Assembly: GCA_033763135.1 (NCBI GenBank)
Contig: JANRKY010000148.1
Location: 2,277 to 66,276, forward strand
Reading direction: 5' to 3'
Length of the DNA: 64,000 nt
Source: Blastocatellia bacterium
GTDB taxonomy: Bacteria > Acidobacteriota > Blastocatellia > RBC074
In this document: positions 22,940 through 30,179 of the stretch, in pieces
How positions within the stretch are numbered: the stretch's first letter is position 1
How the letters are laid out: each line of letters begins with the position of its first letter
Notes under the pieces: generated by a model
Told to the model about the DNA's origin: nothing
The model's input: the letters and a program-made list of their open reading frames with translations, nothing else
Database searches by the model: none
Program-made: the position numbers and the translations under genes

Positions 22940-25738
22940 CTATTCCGCCAACCGCTCATCCAGATTCCCGGCGCACCGCAGACATGCCCCCGGATATTTC
23001 GCATTCGCGCCGACGTCGATCGTGTAGTGCCAGCAGCGCTCGCATTTCGCGCCGGCCGCCTTTTCGACGGCGACGCTCAGGCCGGCCCCCTCGAGGAGCG
23101 TGACCTGCGAGACGATGAAATTGAACCGCAGATCCTCGCCGAACGATTCGAGAAACGCCTTCGTCTCGGGATCGGCGGCGATCGTCACATGCGCTTCGAG
23201 GCCGGCGCCGATCAACTTGGCGTTGCGGGCGTCTTCGAGCGACTTCATGACGGCGGTTCGAACCTCGAACAGCCGCTCATAGCGCGCCCGAAGCGCATCG
23301 TCGATCCAGACGGTCTCCACCGCCGGGAAGACCGTCAGGTGAACCGAGGCCGCCTCGGCCGCGGCGCCCGGGATGTTCTCCCAGATCTCGTCGGCCGTGA
23401 AGGCGAGCAGCGGCGCCAGCAAACGGGCCATGCGGTGAACGATCTCGTACACGGCCGTCTGCGCCGACCGCCGCGCCTCCGATTTCGGCGCGCTGGTATA
23501 GAGCCGATCCTTCAAAATATCGAAATAGAGCGCCGACAATTCGACCGTCGCGAACGAATAGAGGATCTGATAGACCTCGGTGAACTCGTATCCCTCATAA
23601 GCGGCCAGCACCTTCCGATTGACTTCGTTCAGTTCGGCCAGGGCCCAGCGATCGATTTCGACCATCCGGTCATAGGGAACGCGATCCGCCTTCGGATCGA
23701 AGTCCGCCAGATTCCCCAGGCAATAGCGCGCCGTGTTGCGCAGCTTGCGATAGGAATCGGAGAGGCGATTGATGATCTCCTGCCCGATGCGCATGTCCTC
23801 GTGATAATTGAGCGCGGCGCACCACAGGCGCAGAATGTCCGCGCCATACTGCCGGGTGAACTTCTCGGGCGCGAGGGCGTCGCCCTTCGATTTCGACATC
23901 TTCTTGCCGTCTTCATCGACGACCCAGCCGTTCATGATCACGGCGCGATAGGGCGCGGCGCCCTTCGCCGCCAGCCCGACCACCAGCGAAGAGTTGAACC
24001 AGCCGCGAAACTGATCGCCGCCTTCGAGATACACGTCGGCCGGATAGGGCAGCCCCCGCGGTTCGAGCACGCCGAGCGAACTCGCTCCCGAATCGAACCA
24101 GACATCGAGGATGTCCATCTCCTTCGTCAACTTCTCGGAGCCGCACTTGCCGCATTTCGCCCCTTCCGGAAGCAGATCCTTCGACTCCAGTTCGTACCAG
24201 ACGTCGGCGGAGGACTCCTCGAAGAGATTGGCCACGTGCTCGATCACCTTCTGGTCGAGCAGCGCCTCGCCGCAATCCTCGCAATAAAAGACCGTGATCG
24301 GCACGCCCCACGCCCGCTGCCGCGAGATGTTCCAGTCCGGCCGGTCCTTGAACATGTTCTTCATCCGCTCGGCGCCCCACGACGGATACCACGAAACCTT
24401 GTCGCTCGCGGCGATCGCCTCGGCATTGAGCCCGCTCTGCTCCATCGAAATGAACCACTGTGGCGTCGCCCGGAAGATCACCGGATTGTGGCATCGCCAG
24501 CAATGCGGATAGGAGTGGTTGAACTTCTCCGCCTTGAGCAGCGCGCCGATCGATTCGAGATGCGCCATCACGGCCTTGTTGCCGTCCGGGTCGTTCTTGC
24601 TGAGCGCCACCACCCGCTGACCGGCGAAATGCTCCACATCCTTCATGAAATAGCCGCGCCCGTCGACTGGATTGTAGATCTCCAGGCCGTACTCGCGGCC
24701 GATCAGAAAGTCCTCGTAGCCGTGGCCCGGCGCCGTATGCACCGCGCCCGTGCCCGCGTCGAGCGTCACGTGATCGCCGACCATCAGCAGGCTGTCGCGG
24801 TCGATGAAGGGATGGCGGGCGCGGAGCCGGTCGAACTGCGCGCCGGCATAGGTTCCGATGACCTCGTGGCCGCTCCAGCCGAGTTTCTTCGCCACGTCTT
24901 CGAGCAGCCCGCTCGCGACGATGAAGACCTCTTCGCCCACCGCGACCGCGTGATACTCGAATTTCGGATGCAGGGAGATGCCCAGGTTGGCCGGCAGCGT
25001 CCAGGGCGTCGTCGTCCAGATGACGATGCTCACCGATCGGCCCGCGAGTCCGGCGTCGAGTTTCCCGGCGTCGGGAAAGGCGAACTTCACATAGATCGAA
25101 TAGCTCGAATGGTCTTCATACTCGACCTCGGCCTCGGCCAGCGACGTCACGCAACTGATGCACCAGTGCACCGGCCGCGACCCCTTGTAGACCGCGCCGC
25201 GCTCGACGAACTTGCCGAACGCCCGGACGATGTTGGCCTGATAGGTCGGATTCATCGTCACATACGGGTCGTTCCACTCGCCCAGAATGCCCAGCCGCTT
25301 GAAATCCTCGCACTGCAGCTTGACGAACTTGTCCGCGTGCGCCCGCGCCGCCTTGCGGATCGTCAGGCAGTCGAGTTCGATCTTGTTCTTCTTCAGCTCC
25401 TCTTCGACCTTGATCTCGATCGGCAGACCGTGGCAGTCCCAGCCCGGAATGTACGGCGACCAGTGGCCCATCATCGACCGCGACTTCACGACGAAATCCT
25501 TGATCGTCTTGTTGAGCGCGTGGCCGATGTGAATATTGCCGTTCGCGTACGGCGGGCCGTCGTGCAGCACAAAGAGCGGATGGCCCGCGCGCGCCTCTTT
25601 CAGTCTGGCGTAAAGGTCCATGGCCTCCCATCGCTGCAGTCGCAGAGGCTCGTTCTGCGCCAGATTTCCCTTGAGGGGAAACGAGGTGTCCGGCAGGTTG
25701 ACGGTGGCTTTCAGGTCGAGTTTCGCTTCGGTTGACAT
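22940..25738 (-). CDS. ileS: isoleucine--tRNA ligase
   Basis: 932 aa with HIGH (PYANGNIHIGHAL) and KMSKS motifs and C-terminal zinc-binding cysteines. Confidence 0.95.
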   Translation of the reverse strand: MSTEAKLDLKATVNLPDTSFPLKGNLAQNEPLRLQRWEAMDLYARLKEARAGHPLFVLHDGPPYANGNIHIGHALNKTIKDFVVKSRSMMGHWSPYIPGWDCHGLPIEIKVEEELKKNKIELDCLTIRKAARAHADKFVKLQCEDFKRLGILGEWNDPYVTMNPTYQANIVRAFGKFVERGAVYKGSRPVHWCISCVTSLAEAEVEYEDHSSYSIYVKFAFPDAGKLDAGLAGRSVSIVIWTTTPWTLPANLGISLHPKFEYHAVAVGEEVFIVASGLLEDVAKKLGWSGHEVIGTYAGAQFDRLRARHPFIDRDSLLMVGDHVTLDAGTGAVHTAPGHGYEDFLIGREYGLEIYNPVDGRGYFMKDVEHFAGQRVVALSKNDPDGNKAVMAHLESIGALLKAEKFNHSYPHCWRCHNPVIFRATPQWFISMEQSGLNAEAIAASDKVSWYPSWGAERMKNMFKDRPDWNISRQRAWGVPITVFYCEDCGEALLDQKVIEHVANLFEESSADVWYELESKDLLPEGAKCGKCGSEKLTKEMDILDVWFDSGASSLGVLEPRGLPYPADVYLEGGDQFRGWFNSSLVVGLAAKGAAPYRAVIMNGWVVDEDGKKMSKSKGDALAPEKFTRQYGADILRLWCAALNYHEDMRIGQEIINRLSDSYRKLRNTARYCLGNLADFDPKADRVPYDRMVEIDRWALAELNEVNRKVLAAYEGYEFTEVYQILYSFATVELSALYFDILKDRLYTSAPKSEARRSAQTAVYEIVHRMARLLAPLLAFTADEIWENIPGAAAEAASVHLTVFPAVETVWIDDALRARYERLFEVRTAVMKSLEDARNAKLIGAGLEAHVTIAADPETKAFLESFGEDLRFNFIVSQVTLLEGAGLSVAVEKAAGAKCERCWHYTIDVGANAKYPGACLRCAGNLDERLAE

Positions 25739-25815
25739 AGGTTCGTGGCGTTTCGTTTCGTTCGAGATTTCAGGGGCGATCTAAAAGAAGCCGTGATCAT
25801 ACAGGAAAGATTCCC

Positions 25816-25865
25816 GATAAAAAAGCACTCGCGCCGCGGTGCTGGTGACCGGAGCGCGAGTGCTT
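25816..25865 (-). terminator. rho-independent terminator for the DUF948 gene, located in the ileS upstream leader
   Basis: Stem aagcactcgcgc / gcgcgagtgctt (12 bp). On the minus strand it is followed by TTTTTTAT. Confidence 0.65.
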
Positions 25866-25905
25866 TTCGAAAACGAATCCTGCTTCGTCCGCTCCAATTG
25901 GAGCG

Positions 25906-26493
25906 TCAAATGAACATCTCTTCGTCCTGATAAACGCGATCGACCGGCAGACGGCGGCCGGCCATGAGCACTTCGAGGCCGCGACGCAGCCCATACATCA
26001 GATAGGAGAATTCGCGCGCGGGTTCGAGCACGCTCTGCTGCACCATGGCGGTCGTTCGCTCGAACTGATCGGTGGCGACGGCGAGCGTATGCTGCACCTG
26101 ATCGACCTTGTCTCTGGCCCGTTCGACCTCCCGACGCGCAATGGCGGTCGTATCGCCCAGCAGATGGCGCACCTCTGCGACTTCATCGCGCGCCATCTCG
26201 GCGATGGCGTTGATGTGCTGAACGCCCTGGGTGAAGTATGCGCCGGCGTCCTTGAGTTCGGTCATCAACCCATGCGCCATCTTGATCACGGGTTCGGTAT
26301 TGTTGAGCAGGTATTCAGCGCGCGTCTGCAGTTGGGACGCGCGCTCCGCCAGCACCACCAGCCGACGCGCCAGCAGATACATCCCGATGAAAACGGCCGC
26401 CTGAATGATCAGAAGGACCGCGACGCCCACGCCAATTAAAATGATCCATGTGCTATTCACTACAACCTGCTCCTCGTGAAGGCGGAACTCCAA
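25906..26493 (-). CDS. DUF948-like membrane-anchored coiled-coil protein
   Basis: 195 aa with an N-terminal TM helix followed by a long coiled coil. Confidence 0.55.
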   Translation of the reverse strand: MEFRLHEEQVVVNSTWIILIGVGVAVLLIIQAAVFIGMYLLARRLVVLAERASQLQTRAEYLLNNTEPVIKMAHGLMTELKDAGAYFTQGVQHINAIAEMARDEVAEVRHLLGDTTAIARREVERARDKVDQVQHTLAVATDQFERTTAMVQQSVLEPAREFSYLMYGLRRGLEVLMAGRRLPVDRVYQDEEMFI

Positions 26494-26498
26494 ACGGG
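26477..26498. repeat. solo copy of GTTTGGAGTTCCGCCTTCA 23-mer (reverse orientation)
   Basis: tgaaggcggaactccaaacggg, adjacent to CACGGGG element copy B. Confidence 0.75.
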
Positions 26499-26556
26499 CT
26501 GCGTCGATCGATCTAAATCGAGCCAGAAAACATCGGGACAGGAAGCCTCAACCGCA

Positions 26557-26631
26557 GGGGACACGGGGAACACGGGGATCAATCCTCATCGAAGCCCCGT
26601 GTTCCCCGTGCTCCCCGTGGTTGATTTCTCT
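26557..26631. repeat. CACGGGG-unit palindromic element, copy B
   Basis: ggggacacggggaacacgggg .. ccccgtgttccccgtgctccccgtgg, between DUF948 and ytxH. It ends in the same ccccgtgctccccgtggtt core as copy A. Confidence 0.85.
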
Positions 26632-26655
26632 TGTCCGAACGTTCCATGGTCCGAT

Positions 26656-27054
26656 TTAGCTCTCTTCGACGGCCGCGCTGACCTTGCCCTGATCCGTCTG
26701 TTTGGCTTCGCGATAGCCCTGTTTGCCGGCCTCGATGGCCGCGGCGAACTGGGACTTCTGCCGGTTGATCAGGTCCTTGCCGCGCTCGGTCAGGTCATTG
26801 ACCGTCTCCTTGCCGCGGTTGCCCAGATCGGCCGCGCGCTCGACGCTCGTCTGATAGTACTCGGTCGCGCGATCCCCCACCTCCCGGCTGGTGTCGCGGG
26901 CGTAATCGAGCCCCTTCTTGGTCGCATCGGCGAGTTCCGAACGGAGTTCGCTGCCGGCCTTCGGCGCAAACAGCAGCGCCGTCACCGCGCCGATCCCGGC
27001 GCCGATCAGAAAATAGACGAGTTTGTCGCCACCATTACCATTATCGTGTGCCAT
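26656..27054 (-). CDS. YtxH-like protein
   Basis: Probable start MAHDNGNG at 27054. N-terminal TM segment LVYFLIGAGIGAVTALLFAPKAG and a charged helical tail, the typical YtxH layout. It is the usual partner of DUF948. Confidence 0.55.
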   Translation of the reverse strand: MAHDNGNGGDKLVYFLIGAGIGAVTALLFAPKAGSELRSELADATKKGLDYARDTSREVGDRATEYYQTSVERAADLGNRGKETVNDLTERGKDLINRQKSQFAAAIEAGKQGYREAKQTDQGKVSAAVEES

Positions 27055-27288
27055 ATCTTCAGCCTCCTCTCGGGATGTTCGGCAGGCGCTCCCGCCCGCC
27101 GACGGATTTTTCAAAAAGACGGTCTGCAGGGGGGCGGGGTCACGGGGACTCGCCTCCCGCCATTCGAAACGAGATCGGCGCAGATGAGTTCATACGCGTT
27201 GAAATGCCGATCAATATTTGCGATGGATGTTGTTCATAGACCGGCCGGACTATAGCATCGAAAGAAGGCAACATCAAGATAACGCTAA

Positions 27289-27318
27289 TTGACACTCCTG
27301 TGAGCGCACGGCTACAAT
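27289..27318 (+). promoter_or_regulatory. sigma70-like promoter candidate for tatA (TTGACA-N18-TACAAT)
   Basis: ttgacactcctgtgagcgcacggctacaat, 44 nt upstream of the tatA start codon. Confidence 0.5.
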
Positions 27319-27361
27319 GGCCTGTCATCTTGGAAAGGCAACCTCAAAGGAGATAATCAGT

Positions 27362-27556
27362 ATGCAGAATTTCCTCTTCCTGATTGGCGGCCTGGGCCCC
27401 ACGGAACTTGTCATCATTCTCGTCATTCTTCTCTTGTTGTTCGGCGGCAGCCGGCTGCCCTCGCTGGCGAAGGGGCTCGGCGAAAGCATCCGCAGTTTCA
27501 AGAGCGGCGTCAATGAGGAGCCCGAAGACAAGAAAGACTCCTCCAAGCCGGCCTGA
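27362..27556 (+). CDS. tatA: twin-arginine translocase subunit TatA/E
   Basis: Starts MQNFLFLIGGLGPTELVIILVILLLLFGGSRLPSL. A Shine-Dalgarno AAAGGAG lies upstream. Preferred over the longer track ORF beginning at 27317. Confidence 0.8.
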   Translation: MQNFLFLIGGLGPTELVIILVILLLLFGGSRLPSLAKGLGESIRSFKSGVNEEPEDKKDSSKPA

Positions 27557-27722
27557 GCCGGCGGACGGTCCATTTTCCAATTCTGATTCAGGCTGAAAAG
27601 GCGCAAAAGACACAGGGCCCGTTTGGGGCTGACGGCTCAGAGAACCGTGATCCGGTGTGTGTTTTGCGCCTTTTCGGCAGAGAGCAACCGCATTTCAGGC
27701 CCCGCGTCGCGACGTCTCAGCT

Positions 27723-29042
27723 ATGTCTCGCAAGCGCCACCACAACCATCAGCGGCCGCGGCAGCAGCCCGGTTCGGAGCGTTCCTATCTCGCCTATCAG
27801 ATCGATCTTCCCGCCCAGAACATCTCGCGGACCGAGCTCGTCCGGCTGATTCGGGGAGGCGAGGACACGCATCTCGAACTGAAGGTCCGTTTCAGCAACG
27901 TCGAGAAACTGACGGCGGAGGTCATCGCCCTCGCGAACACGGAGGGCGGAGCGATCATCTTCGGGGTCAATGACCAATTGCGGATCGAGGGGGTCGACGA
28001 TGTCGAGGAGGTCGAGGAGCAGTTGCGCGAGCTGTGCGCGCGCGAGATCCAGCCGCCGGTCTTCCCCTATCTCAACAAGGTCGCCTTCGACAGCGGCCGG
28101 CGGATCGTCGTCCTCGAAGTCGAGAACGGCAATCGCCCGCACCGGACGCTGGACGACCGCTATTACATCCGGGAAGGCGCGACGAAGCGCGAGGCGAGCC
28201 GCGAGGAGATCTCGACGATCTACAGGGAGTCGCACGTCGTGGGCTTCGAGCAGGCGCCGGTCTTTCAGGCGCAGTTCGACGGGGACATCGACGAGTCGCT
28301 TTTCTGGAGCTATGTGCGCGGCGTCAATCCGGGATACTGGGAGGAGTCGAGCCGGGGCTTTCCGACCGATACGGTGCTGCGCGAGATGGGGCTGGCGACC
28401 AAGGTGGGCGAAACGCTGCTGCCGACGATGGGCGGGATGCTTCTGTTCGGCTGGGATGAGAGCCTGAGGCGACTGCTGCCGAATGCCGATGTCCGGCTGA
28501 CGCGGCTGAGCGGCAATGCGCCGACCGCGCCGGTCGTCGAGCAGGTTCATCTCCAGGGAAATCTGCTGCGCCTTTTCGACGGCTCGATCCACTTCATCAA
28601 GCGCTATGTCGATCTGTGGGATGCGCGTCCCTCGCGAAAGGTCCGGGAAGGCGGCGACGCGAACGACGAGGCGGGCATTGTCCCGGGCCGCGCGCACTAT
28701 CATCGGGGCGCGATTCTGGAGGCGCTGACCAATTTCCTCGCGCATCGCGACTGGAGCGCCCGCGAGGCGCGCGCGCGCATCAACATCTATGACGACTGCA
28801 TTGAGTTCATCAACCCGTCGCGACAGCTCGAACTGCCGATCGCGTCGCTTCGCTACGGCGTCGCGATTCCGCCCAATCCGCGCCTGAAGGCCATCTTCAC
28901 CAACCCGCATTACGGTCTGCCCTCGCCGCACGGCGGCATCCCGATGCTCTTCGCCGAGTCGATAAACGTCGCGCGCCGCGCGCCCGACGGCCCCTCGATC
29001 ACCAATCACGAGTTTCGCCTGAAGATTCACGGACTGCGATGA
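27723..29042 (+). CDS. AlbA_2 DNA-binding domain / RecG-C-terminal-like (HATPase_c_4) ATPase, putative regulator or defence-associated protein
   Basis: About 440 aa starting from MSRKRHH. N-terminal LIRGGEDTHLELKV..EVIALANTEGGAIIFGV, typical of divergent AAA_4/AlbA_2 proteins. Confidence 0.55.
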   Translation: MSRKRHHNHQRPRQQPGSERSYLAYQIDLPAQNISRTELVRLIRGGEDTHLELKVRFSNVEKLTAEVIALANTEGGAIIFGVNDQLRIEGVDDVEEVEEQLRELCAREIQPPVFPYLNKVAFDSGRRIVVLEVENGNRPHRTLDDRYYIREGATKREASREEISTIYRESHVVGFEQAPVFQAQFDGDIDESLFWSYVRGVNPGYWEESSRGFPTDTVLREMGLATKVGETLLPTMGGMLLFGWDESLRRLLPNADVRLTRLSGNAPTAPVVEQVHLQGNLLRLFDGSIHFIKRYVDLWDARPSRKVREGGDANDEAGIVPGRAHYHRGAILEALTNFLAHRDWSAREARARINIYDDCIEFINPSRQLELPIASLRYGVAIPPNPRLKAIFTNPHYGLPSPHGGIPMLFAESINVARRAPDGPSITNHEFRLKIHGLR

Positions 29043-29423
29043 TCAGGCGGTCGCATACTCTGTAAATTGGCGGCGATCAGGGCGCTGAAACCCCAGAACG
29101 ATCCGTTCACGCGGGATGCCGGCCTGCGCCAGCTCATCCGCAAGCGGCTGGTCCGTCTCATTTCGCTGCAGCCAGACCTTCTCCTCAAGGATATCGATGT
29201 GAATGACGATCTGATGAATGCGGCGATGATGCTCCCAGCCGACTTCGACAAGAAGATAGTGATCGTGGACCGCATCGAAGACCGACTGCAGCGCAATCCC
29301 CTGGGCGGGCCTGCTGATCGAATGATATTTGTCGATCAGCGCGCGGATAATCTGACGAAACCACTCCACCTGGGAATCAGATCCGGAAAGAGCTCCCGTC
29401 TCAGCGTCAATTACGATATCCAT
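29043..29423 (-). CDS. xisI: XisI family protein
   Basis: 126-aa ORF MDIVIDAETGALSGSDSQVEWFRQIIRALIDKYHSI... It overlaps the XisH-like gene upstream by 13 bp. The XisI assignment rests on the pairing with XisH and overall size and composition. Confidence 0.7.
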   Translation of the reverse strand: MDIVIDAETGALSGSDSQVEWFRQIIRALIDKYHSISRPAQGIALQSVFDAVHDHYLLVEVGWEHHRRIHQIVIHIDILEEKVWLQRNETDQPLADELAQAGIPRERIVLGFQRPDRRQFTEYATA

Positions 29424-29827
29424 TGGCTGACCCTCCTTTTCAGGTCATCGATCACGATCAGATTGAGCCGTTGCCGACGAAGAACGAACGCGCCAAACTC
29501 ATCCGCGAAAAGGCTGTCGTACACGTCGGCGGTAACTGCCAAGTATAATACCCGATCAGGCTCAACCATCGCCAATACGTCGCGATAGAGGTTGTATTGA
29601 CCAACTGCCTGCTGCAAGTCGCTGAGGGGGGAATCGCCAAGAAAACTCTTGACCTCCACTGCGATCTTCACGGGGCCCTTTTGAGCGGCGACCAGGTCCT
29701 TTTCCGCTCCGAGATCAACATACTGCTTCCTGCCGAGAAAACTGAGATATAAGGGATCGTGCGTGATGATCCATCCTTCCTGGGCAAGCGCGTCGATGAC
29801 ATGCAGGTGGTACAAGTCTCTGGCCAT
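29411..29827 (-). CDS. xisH: XisH family protein
   Basis: The C-terminal 138 aa of the long track ORF 29411..31339. Start MARDLYHLHVIDALAQEGWIITHDPLYL at 29827. The rest of that 642-aa ORF is antisense artefact over comEA/comEC. Confidence 0.7.
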   Translation of the reverse strand: MARDLYHLHVIDALAQEGWIITHDPLYLSFLGRKQYVDLGAEKDLVAAQKGPVKIAVEVKSFLGDSPLSDLQQAVGQYNLYRDVLAMVEPDRVLYLAVTADVYDSLFADEFGAFVLRRQRLNLIVIDDLKRRVSQWIS

Positions 29828-29912
29828 TTTGTTCCTTTCAAAGTCGGGCCGGAATTTGCCGAATTTCCGATGATGCTTGAGTCTTGCGAAAGTCGGTGAT
29901 AGCGTCGCCGAC

Positions 29913-30179
29913 ATGAAACGCCTGTGCCTGTCGATCCTTTTTCTGGCCCTCCTGTTTGCGTCGGCGCCGGCGGGCGCGCAGAGCGAGCCGCGAATCAACA
30001 TCAACACCGCGTCCGTGGAGGAGCTGCGAACGCTGCCGGGGATCGGGCCGGTGCTGGCGGAGCGGATCGTCGCGCACCGCGGCCGGCATGGCCGCTTCAA
30101 GCGCCCGCAGGACATCGTCATCGTTCGGGGGATGAGCGCGAAGCGGTATCGCGAGATTGCGGATCGGATTCGCATTTGA
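29913..30179 (+). CDS. comEA: ComEA family helix-hairpin-helix DNA-binding protein
   Basis: Starts MKRLCLSILFLALLFASAPAGA (signal peptide). Motif INTASVEELRTLPGIGPVLAERIV is the HhH repeat. Confidence 0.75.
   Translation: MKRLCLSILFLALLFASAPAGAQSEPRININTASVEELRTLPGIGPVLAERIVAHRGRHGRFKRPQDIVIVRGMSAKRYREIADRIRI

Noticed and set aside
25739-25905. T-box riboswitch in the ileS leader
   Set aside because: No specifier loop, T-box consensus or antiterminator/terminator pair could be recognised. The hairpin present is oriented as a terminator for the upstream minus-strand gene.
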